A stretch of 62,165 bases of DNA, the filler included, from Globobulimina sp. (lineage: Eukaryota): assembly GCA_003354225.1 (NCBI GenBank). It is 9 parts of 9 records of this genome, joined end to end, with 100 filler letters (N's around TTAATTAATTAA, not from the genome) between each part and the next. Parts side by side here need not be neighbours in the genome. Positions count along the whole stretch, not along the records: positions 6,950 to 13,783 come from PIVH01000229.1; positions 13,884 to 20,717 come from PIVH01000230.1; positions 20,818 to 27,643 come from PIVH01000232.1; 6 more parts are not named here. One strand, given 5' to 3'. The number at the start of each line of letters is the position of its first letter. Within the stretch, counting starts at the first letter, position 1. The translations under genes and the position numbers were made by a program. Below are positions 10,308 through 21,515 of the stretch, piece after piece. The notes under the pieces were generated by a model, which saw only the letters and a list, made by a program, of their open reading frames with translations, did no database searches and was not told the origin of the DNA.

Positions 10308-11135
10308 CTATGCAGATGTTGCTGGCGATGCTGCCGTCAAAACCATTGATGGATCTTCTTCATTTTCCATTGTTTCCACTCCCAATTCTACATTATTTCT
10401 GCTTTGTTCTTGGTTTAATTGTTGTTTTAAATGAGAGTGCATCAATACAAAATGAATGGGTTGAGTTAAAAATCCAATGCAAACACATAATAGACACATC
10501 CATTCAGATTGAATAGTAATTGTTGCATCATCTGCTTCATCCATATAAGTGATAATAAATATTAAAAAAAATGTCATTGCTAATATTGGACATAAAAAAT
10601 CATATAAATGGATAATACGTCCATATGCTTGATTGATTTGCGTATATTGCATATATTTTACCCAATTTAGGGCATCTAAAAATTGCGCCAAAACAATAAA
10701 AAAAATACCAAAGGTTGCACCTGCGGCATGATTCGTATTGATGCCATTGATGCGGCCGACATCTGAACCATAGCCATCATCTGAATTCCATGGACACTGA
10801 GCCACCAAAACTATACCGATGGCTCCAAGAATTGATGCAACCAAAATAGAAACTGATAAACACGATAATTTCCATAATAATTTCAGTAAATATGTTTTAA
10901 TTACAAACCAAATAATTATACAAATTGCAGTTATTGTAAATCCTGTTGAAAATATATCAGAATATTTATTATCTCCATGTGTGGTTCCGAGATAAGATAC
11001 AAATGCTTTATATTGAGGTTTAACTTTCCATTTATTCGCATAGATTGTTCCATAAATTGCAAGGGCTACACATCCAATTCCAACGAATGGAAGGAAGAAA
11101 CCAATTTTTGCTAAAATCAACAAAGAAGGTATCAT
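10308..11135 (-). CDS. Frag1/DRAM/TMEM150-family 6-TM protein
   Basis: Six hydrophobic helices with FVSYLG, HAAGATFGIF and SEW motifs. Confidence 0.72.
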   Translation of the reverse strand: MIPSLLILAKIGFFLPFVGIGCVALAIYGTIYANKWKVKPQYKAFVSYLGTTHGDNKYSDIFSTGFTITAICIIIWFVIKTYLLKLLWKLSCLSVSILVASILGAIGIVLVAQCPWNSDDGYGSDVGRINGINTNHAAGATFGIFFIVLAQFLDALNWVKYMQYTQINQAYGRIIHLYDFLCPILAMTFFLIFIITYMDEADDATITIQSEWMCLLCVCIGFLTQPIHFVLMHSHLKQQLNQEQSRNNVELGVETMENEEDPSMVLTAASPATSA

Positions 11136-11157
11136 TAACTCTCCGATATAAAAGCTA

Positions 11158-13533
11158 ATGCTGAGGTGTTCGACAAGATCAGTATTAAAAAAAAAACCTT
11201 TTCGAACAGCAAAAAAAATCAGTACTTATCGGAGAGCCCTAATGTTCAGATTAAAACCCAAAACGGTAAAGAATAGCAATTGTGAAGCATACCAATTGCT
11301 TCGTGGATTGTATCAACAGAACAAAGCTAATGTTGCCAATAAAGACAGGGTTGTCATGGACGCCATGTCCATTTATGATAAAATAAACGAACCGAAATGT
11401 GATTATGTTATCAATGCATTAGTTAATTTATGTTATAATTTCCGATGCTATAAAACAATTCCTTCAACACCCGTCATTTGGAGAGATATTGAATTGTTAC
11501 CAGACACGAATAAAAAAAAACTCTCCTATGCATTGCTATTAATATCTTGTATCAAATCAAATAACATTGCAAAATCATTGAAAACGTTGGAATTGATTGC
11601 AAATTCTCAATACAGTCTGCAAATAAATGAATCAGTGATAATAAAATTAATCAAACTATTAAATATTACCAAACATTTGGATTATATTTCACTATTAATG
11701 TCAGACACTGTTATACCAAACAGCATTGGAATAAAGACATCGTTGATTGCTCAATATTCAAAACACAAAGGAAATAGAAACAATTTAAACAAAGCTATAA
11801 ATATATTCGTTCAAACTAAGTACGAGCAACGAGATACTATCATGAATGGTGCGATGATGACTGCTTTGATTCATAACGATTGTCATAAAGATGCGTTGAA
11901 TATTTACAATGGAATGGACGCAGCTGATCAAGATGCAATTTGCCATGCTTTGGCTGTAAAATGTTGTACAGCGCTGAATGAAACAAAACAAATTCAACAA
12001 ATTGAGGATTCATTGCAGAATTATAATGCTCAACAAATAATCCCAGTGCAGACATCACTGATTGATCACTATGGACATTGCGGAGATATTGAGAAAGCAG
12101 CACGTATCTTCCACTCTGTCACTGACGGTTTGCAGAATATAATCACTGTGAATTCTATGCTGACAGCGTATATTAATTGTTTCTGTTATAAAGAAGCATT
12201 ACTTTTGTATGATAAGTATGATAATTTAGACAGAGATTCAATTTCGCATTCATTGGCCATCAAAGCTTGCATCTCTGTTCGCGATTTTGTAAAAGGAAAT
12301 GGCATTATAAATGAATTTAATTTGCATGTTGCACAGAATCAACATATTCAACTTAAGCATACACTCATTAATTTTTATGGGCATTGCAGCAACATTGACA
12401 ATGCAGAACATATATTTAAATCTATTGGAAATAGCAAAGACTCCGTGAGTATCAATGCTATGATGACTGCATACATCAACAATCTGCAATACGTTGATGC
12501 GTTGAAGCTATATTATGATACAAATAATTTGAATTTTATTGATAACGTTTCTCATTCACTGGCAATCAAATGTTGCGCCAATATTGGCAATTTTAATAAA
12601 GGCAAAAAGATTCATTCCATCCTGAAAAAGGAAAATAAAATGAAGGACGATAATAATCATCACATCAAAACAGCGTTGATTGATTTATATGGCCGCTGTC
12701 ATGATGTCAATAATGCATTGCATATTTTTAGCTCGATTGGAAAAGATGTTGCACATAAAAGTACAGCATGTTGTAATTCAATGATGAATATTTATTGTGT
12801 TAACCAAAAATATGATGAATGTCTGCAATTGTTTGATGATATCGATATAAAAAATAGGAATTCCATATCGTATACCATTGTATTTACCGCCTGCGCCCAT
12901 GATAACAAAGTTGAGCTTGGAAATAATATCTATCATCAACTGCTGCAGCGACGTGATTGTGATCTCATATTGAAAGAACTGTCGACTTTGAGCAGTTTAA
13001 TTAATATGTTTGGCAAATTTGGAGATTTAAAGAAATGTGAAGAGATATTTGATATTGTTAAAAGCGCGCATTGTAAAGATATGTATTTGAATAACATCGG
13101 AATTTGGAATGTTATGATTCAAGCTCTTGGCGTAAATGGTGATGCTGTAAATGCACTGACATTGTTCAATGAAATGAAGGAGAAAACAAATATTAAAGTT
13201 GATTCGAAAGGATATGTTACAATATTCAATGCATTGAGTCATGGACAAAATGTAAAAGAAGCCAAATATATATGGTATAATGACGTGTTAGATGCAAATA
13301 TAAAATGTAATAAGTTGGTGACTTCATCGTTTGTTGATTGTTTAGCTCGCAATGGATATTTATTTGAAGCGTATGATATTATTTATCAATATGAGAAAAT
13401 AAAAGATAGTGAGCTGTGTCAAGAAATGTGGTTATCTCTGTTTAATGGGTGTAAAATTCATAAAAATACAATGTTTATGTACTGTGTTGTTGACCAAATG
13501 AAAAATAGATTTCATGACTTGAGCTGTTTATGA
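11158..13533 (+). CDS. Pentatricopeptide repeat protein, PLS-like, with a C-terminal E1-like motif
   Basis: About 16 tandem 31-38-aa repeats in triplets (TSLIDHYGHCGDIEKAARIF / NSMLTAY..EAL.LY / HSLAIKAC); ends WLSLFNGCKIHKN; basic N-terminus resembles a mitochondrial presequence. Confidence 0.9.
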   Translation: MLRCSTRSVLKKKPFRTAKKISTYRRALMFRLKPKTVKNSNCEAYQLLRGLYQQNKANVANKDRVVMDAMSIYDKINEPKCDYVINALVNLCYNFRCYKTIPSTPVIWRDIELLPDTNKKKLSYALLLISCIKSNNIAKSLKTLELIANSQYSLQINESVIIKLIKLLNITKHLDYISLLMSDTVIPNSIGIKTSLIAQYSKHKGNRNNLNKAINIFVQTKYEQRDTIMNGAMMTALIHNDCHKDALNIYNGMDAADQDAICHALAVKCCTALNETKQIQQIEDSLQNYNAQQIIPVQTSLIDHYGHCGDIEKAARIFHSVTDGLQNIITVNSMLTAYINCFCYKEALLLYDKYDNLDRDSISHSLAIKACISVRDFVKGNGIINEFNLHVAQNQHIQLKHTLINFYGHCSNIDNAEHIFKSIGNSKDSVSINAMMTAYINNLQYVDALKLYYDTNNLNFIDNVSHSLAIKCCANIGNFNKGKKIHSILKKENKMKDDNNHHIKTALIDLYGRCHDVNNALHIFSSIGKDVAHKSTACCNSMMNIYCVNQKYDECLQLFDDIDIKNRNSISYTIVFTACAHDNKVELGNNIYHQLLQRRDCDLILKELSTLSSLINMFGKFGDLKKCEEIFDIVKSAHCKDMYLNNIGIWNVMIQALGVNGDAVNALTLFNEMKEKTNIKVDSKGYVTIFNALSHGQNVKEAKYIWYNDVLDANIKCNKLVTSSFVDCLARNGYLFEAYDIIYQYEKIKDSELCQEMWLSLFNGCKIHKNTMFMYCVVDQMKNRFHDLSCL

Positions 13534-14282
13534 TGACGTTGTACTGTATTGTTCTCCCAGCAATTGTCATACCAGTCAACGTTTATGATTTGTAGGATTT
13601 GGGCGGAGTTTTTCAGTCAATTAATTGTATGCAATCGCCTTCATTTTGCATCCACACAGCAGGTATGTACTTATCCTGTATTATTTTATATGCTGTACCA
13701 TAATGTTTTTCATTTATCCTGAAACTAAGTGAGAAATGATCAAAATCCAATATCATATCAACGACTGTGTTGTTACAACACTTNNNNNNNNNNNNNNNNN
13801 NNNNNNNNNNNNNNNNNNNNNNNNNNNTTAATTAATTAANNNNNNNNNNNNNNNNNNNNNNNNNNNNNNNNNNNNNNNNNNNNAATTGTAAGGAAAAGTT
13901 GGTCCAGTAATATTTGGTCATATTGGTCATAGCGTCTGCATCTTATCCGATACTCCACTGAATACCATATAAGCAATATGCTATCCGTAATAAATGATCA
14001 CAATTTTTGATTATTTCCTTGGTATTCTTATCTTTGTTGTGTTTGTTTTAAAATCAAGTTCCATAACTTTGAGTTTAAAATCAATTTTCGAAAATCAATA
14101 ATATGAATTTAAATCAATAAATGAAACACAAAAAACAGGTTAAAAAACAAACATTGATCACATACTAGGATTCGAATACTAGGTCAACTTCGAATACTAG
14201 GTTGAAAACCACTACAGCTAACCCAAAAACCTTGCCAATCACAAAAGAAGTGTTTAGAAGTTTAAGCCTAAAAAGTCAATTG

Positions 14283-14319
14283 GGTATCAATTCCAATTAC
14301 GTAATACTCGAAAATTCCC
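14283..14319 (-). repeat. Partial copy of the dispersed hairpin element at 60386-60464
   Basis: GGTATCAATTCCAATTACGTAATACTCGAAAATTCCC matches the reverse complement of 60386-60422 at 33/37 positions; tandem TTCGAATACTAGGT x2 nearby (14171-14202). Confidence 0.7.
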
Positions 14320-14616
14320 GTATTTAAATATACTGTTCATACTCACACCAATTGGTTATCTTCAAAATTATACAGTTCGTAGTGTTCAATGCTAGATGGA
14401 AGAACGCATTGTGAGTTTAATGCAAATTGTTATTTTTGCCATAATTGTCTACGATACGCAACTCTAAGAAGCAGAATAATAGAAATAACAACACACACAA
14501 CTAAGAATAAAACAAAAAAAAAATGGGTCACGTTGCAATCATTTTCATTCACAATAAAAAAAAAAATCATTCACAAAATGTTTACTTTTTTAGTTTTTTT
14601 TATAAAAAAAACCCAT

Positions 14617-17600
14617 TCATATCATCTCGCCATCTGCATCTGGATCCGGTTCAAAGTCCGTAGGGGCAGTCACCAGAGGCATCTCTACATCGCCACCACC
14701 ACTTTCTTCATCTAAAACGTCTGTACGACCCACACCATCACCATCATCATCATTAGATCCCGCATCTGGTTCAGAAGTGGGTGCTGGAGGTTGATGTTGC
14801 TGTTGCGTGCCAGTACCACCACCAACAAAGTCTCCACTATTTTCATCACCATCACCGCCGCCTTCATTCATCTCATCATCCACACTAACACTTAGCTGTA
14901 AATCTCTCAGCGAAGCAGAAAGACGCGGGAAATTTTCCTCCATTCTTGAGCTCATTTGTCGACCCAACGGCGTGCCTACAAATTTCTGACTGGCTGAACG
15001 CACCAATTTAGAGCCAAAATCTTCCTCTGGCTCAGTCTCAGTGGCCGGATGCCACGAATATCGCGACATAAATCCCATGCATACCACTAAGATGCTCAAA
15101 AAAGCAATCACCATCATAGCACAACTAATCCAATACATATCTGTAAACAATAAGACGCAGCCTACATTTTTAAATCCACCGTACGCGTCGCCTAAAAATC
15201 CACAGTTACTGTAGTTTTTAATGATACTGTCAAAGCGCTCAAAAATCGGATCCATCATACACGAGATATTCGCCACCGATTTTTCAATATCAACTGCCAC
15301 ACCAAACAAGTCATTATATGCGGAGATAATAATCGATGTCTGTGTAAAAAAAAAGTTTCAGTGACATGTGGCTTTGAGCTGATTTTAAGTGAACAGTTTA
15401 AGTGACTAAGCCTTAGATCATGGTCGCTTTGTAAAAAATGTCAAGACAGTGAAGACACACACCTGGTTTTTAATATCGTTAATTGCCATGTCCATATCTG
15501 CAACCAATTGTACTTCGGCTTTTACGAAGGTATATGCCTGCGTAAAATTGCCAATACAATACCTTGGATCACCACCATAATCAAAGAGATCAAGCCAACA
15601 ATCATTTGGTCGCGACAATGATGAATTAATAATATTGTAACATTCATCATTTTGTAATTTCTCCCTGGTAAATGTAGCAGGCTCAGTACCCCAGGCACTG
15701 CCACAGAGACATACACATTTCAGACCACCGGAACCCACTGCATTGAGTTCAGCCAAAATCCTATCACCTTCCACCTTAAATTCATCAGTGTTTAATAAAT
15801 TAATTTCCGTCACAAAAGAATCCAATGCATCCAACGTAAATGCACTCGTCACATCAATCGACATTACATCGCTCATATTCTCGCGAAATGAACTCCAATC
15901 CAACGAATCCGACATATTCATCACTTTCATTACATCACTACCTGAACAATCATATATTTTTTATTTATTTGATTTTATATTGTTTTTTAAATCATTTTCT
16001 CTGATTGCTTGTTTATTTAATATTGCTTTCAAACATATAAATCATAACCAATCAAAAACAAAATATATATTACTTACCAGTCCAACATGCATTAACCAGT
16101 GCAATCGGGTTCATTCCATCCGACGAATTCCCGGTCAACGTAGCAATGGTTTGTCCCAGCGATGAGCCAATCGGATCAGCTTCAAAGTGATCCAAATTCA
16201 CACAAAAATCAGCCCAGCCGACCGCTATGATGCTAAAAAAGGAAAAAATCAACATAATAACTGCTCCAATCCACATCGCCGGAAACCATGTACATCTAAA
16301 ACAACATTCGCCCATTTTCTTACATTTGCCCATAATGCCCGTAACCACGCCAATGATCCACAGAATAATCCATAACAACGGCAACATAAAAAACCAATTC
16401 CCGCCCATTTCCCTCTGTTCGTCATAGTCTTCGAAGTCGTCCAAATACGTACTAGTTTCGTTACGATACGTCCGTATTAACGAAGTGAAATTGTCAACCA
16501 ACTCATTAAAGGCTGCTACAGCATCATCAATTTGCTCCTCTGCTGTCACTAAGCCGCCCGTACTGTTCAGCATTGCACTCATTCCATTCACCATATCCAC
16601 CGCGGTTTTAAATGTATCGTTAATTCCACCTATATTCGTACCCAACGTAGAGCAATAGTCGCAAGGCAAAGTTATGTTTTCTTCAATTACCGGCGTAAAG
16701 GGCGTAGACACTGTGGCTTCCAGCACATAGCCATCATATGCCACCACGATATAATTCAATGCGCCATAAATATTCCGTATAGGAGCGCCAACGCCGCTGT
16801 TTACATTCTCCATAATGCCATCTACGCTGCCGAAGATTTTCTTGATATTAGCCACAATCCAGTCCGCCTCAGGGCCGATGCCTTCGAACTTATCGATCAC
16901 TAAATATCATATCAAGCGGAAAATGTGTTTATTTGCAGTTTGAAAGCGCACAGTGGACATTTTAAAAATGTTAAAGTTAGCTGGAAAACCTTAAGTCAGT
17001 TTAAAAGCATGGCAGACATTTTCAAAGCTTACCTGTGTCGAATAGACCCAACATTTCCGTGCGTAGTGATTGGTCGTCTTCTGCGAATATATGTGCATGC
17101 ATCTCTTGATTGGCAGTCATCCCTTCGATGCACGCCCATAAGATCACGATTAAAATAGCTGCCATCACCACGGTAGGCCCCCACCGCGACGGCATGGATT
17201 CTGTCGGTTCGCCTAAACAACATCGACAGCATTTCTTCTTCCAGAAATTGCCGCAGCTGCACCAACACATACAACAGCAACAATACATTACAAACATGAC
17301 AATGGCGAAGGTGAACGGGATTATAATGAAGCCGATAAGCGATTTGATATACGGGTTCTGGTCCAATGTCTCGTTACACTCTGTGGGATTTGAGCACTTT
17401 CCAGGCACAAAATCGTACTCAGCGTCCGGGTCACCAGGACGAAATCCTTCGATATCGTCCCGGAAATCCACTGCTTGCTCAGATACTATATACGGACAGT
17501 AACACTCTATGATTTCCGGTGCCAATGTCGGTGCCGGCGTTGTTATTTCCACTGTGTACAGTATACAGACATATAAATGTACAGTTATTCACAAAGAGTA

Positions 17601-19263
17601 GTCGACTTAACAGCAAACGCCCATTTTCGCGTTACAATACCCCGAAGTACACTGATAATCAGCATTACAGCGCCCAGCACACTGCGCGTTGCTACTCACA
17701 TCGCTGTTGCACGTATCAGTCGATATGGTGCCACAATTATCATTGGAGAACGGCGCCAAACAAAACGACGGATCACTGATAAAACTGTCCCAGTCCGCCT
17801 GCCTCGTAAAACACGTCCCCTCCACACCACTGCCCAACACATTATACACCTCGCTGTCACAAGGCGTGCTTCCATCACATTCCGCTCCCGGCACTCCCGG
17901 AATCCACGTACATAATCCACAGCTCCGTGCACACGTTGCCTGTATACCCACTCCAACGCCGGTACAGACGCTGGAAACGCCCGCATTCTTATAATCGCGG
18001 CCTAAATCTGTCAATACTGCGCAATCCAAGACATCGCCCCAATTCTCGACTGGATCCCGACAGGCCAAGTAGTTGTAATTCAGCGAGATCACTTGGTCCG
18101 TGACACTCGACGCTTCTATAAAATCGACAATGATAATGTTCCCGAAGTACAACTTGGAATATTTGTCGATGGTATTGGACAATGTGACGGCTAAATCAGC
18201 GTTGTACTCAGCATAGCTGGTATAGGTATTGCTGTTTTTGGTAAGCGAGGATTGGCCGTCGATGTTTAGTGTATAAAATATGCGGTTCATCACTCCGGAG
18301 GCTGTGCTCGTATCCCATGAGCTGACTAATTGACTCAAGACGTCTGAAATGACAGTGTTGGTCTCGGCGCTCGCTGTTTCGTTGCCGGTTAACACGGCGC
18401 TGGCACTGTCGTCGTGGACGTAGGCGTTGGAGGTTAATCCCTCGAAAATAGGGATCACGTTTATGTTTTGGGCGAGTAGCTGGCTGATACTGTCCACAGT
18501 GATATCGTAGGCTGTCGTGATTTTCATGTACGAGGATAAGGAGGTTTGTACAGCGGCGAATACAGTGTCTGGTGCCACGTTGATGAAATCGCTGAAACTG
18601 AGGATAATTATGTCGTCGCCGTCGGCTCCAACTAAATAACTTTTAATGTCTTCTAACATCTGTGTGTTTGCGTGTGTTTTTAATTCAATTTGAAGTGGTC
18701 CACATTCTAAACGTACATTCTTTATATACAATATACAATGTACAACATAATTATATACAATAAACAGTTAATTAGTATATGTATACTGTATATTATGATA
18801 TTTAGTATGTAGTTTCAGAATGTGGACTTGCTAAAAACAGATGGTCGGATTTGCGAAAGTACTAAACATCGGTTAATGTGGCACCAAGTAAGCCGTGATG
18901 GGCATATATTGTACCGGCATTCTGTTCGAGTCTGATGTCTAAGAATCTGGAGCCTGCATTTAATTGGTCCCTGACATTACTAATTTGGCGTATGCTCCAT
19001 TTTAATTTTGCATCGTTTCCTCCAGGGGCAAAATTAATTACATCGTCGAAATAAGTATCGGTTGCAGCGGCAAAGGAATTGTTTAGGATTGCAGCTGGAT
19101 ACATTCCCGCATGATGTGAGCCAGGAAGCACAATATCAATAATTCTGTATGTTTCAATGTCAGAGGTTGGGATCATGGAACCAAGCCAATTGGTATAATA
19201 AGCATCTTTTGTCAATTGACTGTTTGTAATGGAGAATATGGCTAGAAAAAGTATAGCAATCAT
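14617..19263 (-). CDS. Six-exon membrane protein: signal peptide, PI-PLC X-domain, Cys-rich (ShK-like) region, prominin-like 5-TM module
   Basis: ORFs 18862-19263, 17607-18731, 17022-17552, 16070-16900, 15418-15930 and 14617-15309 join in compatible phases at GT-AG junctions. PLC-X motifs PGSHHAG, GSRFLDIR, HHG; Cys-rich TM pair, large loops and NCGFL..Y....C before the last TM. Confidence 0.75.
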
Positions 19264-19299
19264 TTTGCTATGTTCTTGATCAATTTAATTTACTTTTTC

Positions 19300-19340
19300 C
19301 ACTTCACAATAATTCTATGTTTTTCACTTCACAATAATTC
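19300..19340. repeat. 16-bp direct repeat in a divergent intergenic region
   Basis: CACTTCACAATAATTC at 19300-19315 and 19325-19340. Confidence 0.7.
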
Positions 19341-19366
19341 AATTTAATATAAAAGAAAAAGTGAAC

Positions 19367-20717
19367 ATGTCACTCTGCAAAGCGGTCAAGTTTCGTTTTT
19401 TAGCGGCCCAATTAACACCAGCTGAAACACTTCAATTTGTTAATAAATTATTGGATGGGAATAATAATATCATTATCAAAGCATTGTTTAATCAAATTTT
19501 ACTAAATACACCAGCAAATCAACAATGTGATGCCGATAATATTAACAATATGGTATCAAATATCATAGAATCCCGGGAAAAGAAACCAAAACCGATTCCA
19601 AACCGGGATATTAAATTAGATCAATTACCAAAACCATTAATTGGTGAAATATCTTCATTTTTAGCACAATGTCATAATATTGCTTTTAGTAAAACAAACA
19701 GATGGATTTATTTAGGATGTAATTCACCAAATTTATTAAAACAATTAGATTTAAGAGGGATTGAAGGTTATTCAGCCATTAATTTAGAATTATATCCATC
19801 TGTTAAAGATTTGAGATTAGATTTAGAATATTTTGATGAATTAAGACCATCAGCAATGAATGAATTAGAAGCAATTGAATTAAATGGATGGTACAATGAT
19901 GATATTGATATTGCTAATTTTCTGCAATCTGCTCATTTAAATGTTGATAATATCACAAAATTAAGATGCTCAAATTTTGGGTTTACCAATTTTGGAGGTG
20001 GTGTCAATGATTTCCCAGCTGATAAATTTATGAAATTATTGGCCAAATTTCCAAATATTCAATACTTAGATTTAAATGCTGTTTATGCTCGACTTAATGC
20101 AAACAAAATTAAAGATTTATATCCAAATTTAAAAGGTTTGAAAATCAATGTTGGCTCTGAAGAGCATGGTAAATCATTAATAAATACAGTTGGAAATAAT
20201 TTAGATTTTCTAGGTTTCGCTGAATATAATAACTTTGATTTTGATTTACAAAATACAAATTTTAGTAAATTGAAAGAATTGGAATTAGTGGGACCAACAA
20301 ATAAAACAATGAATGATATTTTATTAACTGCTAAAAATTTAAAGAAAGTTGTTGTTGTTTCAGCTTTCAACCGTTTGAGTTTAATGACACCGAAAGAAAC
20401 AAAACAAACTATGACAAAATTAATAACAACATGTAAATTATTACAATATATTAAATTTAGTGTTTATAATAATGATAAATTACTTGAATCTGTATTGGAT
20501 GGAATAGAAATTGGTTTAATTGAAACAAAAGAATGGAAAAGAAATGAAATTAAAATACATATTATTATCAATTGTAATAAAAATTTTAGGCCAAATGATT
20601 TTGTATCAAATATTGGAAAAATTATTCATTGGTTGGATTATTCGGAAATAAATGATTTTATGTTTATATTGACATTAAAAGGTCTGAATGCTACAATCGA
20701 TAAAAATATTTTATTAA
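19367..20717 (+). CDS. Lineage-specific F-box-like/LRR-like protein (3' partial); paralog of 37996-39495
   Basis: MSLCKAVKFRFLAAQL start, LDQLPKPLIGEISSFL F-box-like motif, LxxLxL periodicity. Confidence 0.7.
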
Positions 20718-20817
20718 NNNNNNNNNNNNNNNNNNNNNNNNNNNNNNNNNNNNNNNNNNNNTTAATTAATTAANNNNNNNNNNNNNNNNNNNNNNNNNNN
20801 NNNNNNNNNNNNNNNNN

Positions 20818-21020
20818 AGTTGTTGTTTTGGTGATATATTTGGTCCAATTTCTGTTGTAAATATCGGAATTAATGGTGATAATGTCGGTGACTGTGAGTT
20901 TGTTGGATTTAATGTGGTTGGCGAATTTGTTGGCGATTTTGATGGTGATTGAGATGGTGATTTTGATGGTAAATTTGTTGGCGATATTGTTGGTGATGCT
21001 GTTGTTGTATTAATAGTTGA
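20818..21020 (-). CDS. Fragment of a Ser/Pro/Thr-rich (mucin-like stalk) protein
   Basis: SPTISPTNLPSKSPSQSPSKSPTNSPT tetrapeptide repeats running off the contig end; upstream exons not resolved. Confidence 0.5.
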
Positions 21021-21515
21021 AGAATTTGATGCAGTTTGGCTGTAACAATGCTGTTTTACAGGAAAAAACAATAACATTGAATGAATTTGTGTGACAACTG
21101 AAATAACGTTAACATACAATGAATAAAATGCACAGGGCTGCAAACAATAATTTATAGCACATGTTGCAATGACTTGTAAAAACTGTATTAAAGTGAAAAA
21201 CTTGTCACAGTAACAATGCCCAAATGAGCTGCAAGTGTTTCCATTGCGGATCACAGTATGAATTGGTAGTGGTTAACATTTTTGCAAGGGAGTAATTATG
21301 TTAACATTTGCACATAAATGCTGCATTTACTTCAGAGACAAAATTCTTCAGAGACAAATGATTAAGGAAACTGGAAATCTTGTTATGATCATTATGATGT
21401 ATCACTTATCAGAAACAATACTGTACGCTAACATACGTTGCAACTGTGCGACATGCCAAGTTTTGTTGTGATTATATATATCGATCCAGCCAAAAAAATA
21501 GTAAGTTATGATGGT

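Noticed and set aside
1-13783. Horizontal transfer of the bacterial cluster into the protist genome
   Set aside because: The two are separated by an artificial spacer, and the cluster keeps RBSs and has no introns.
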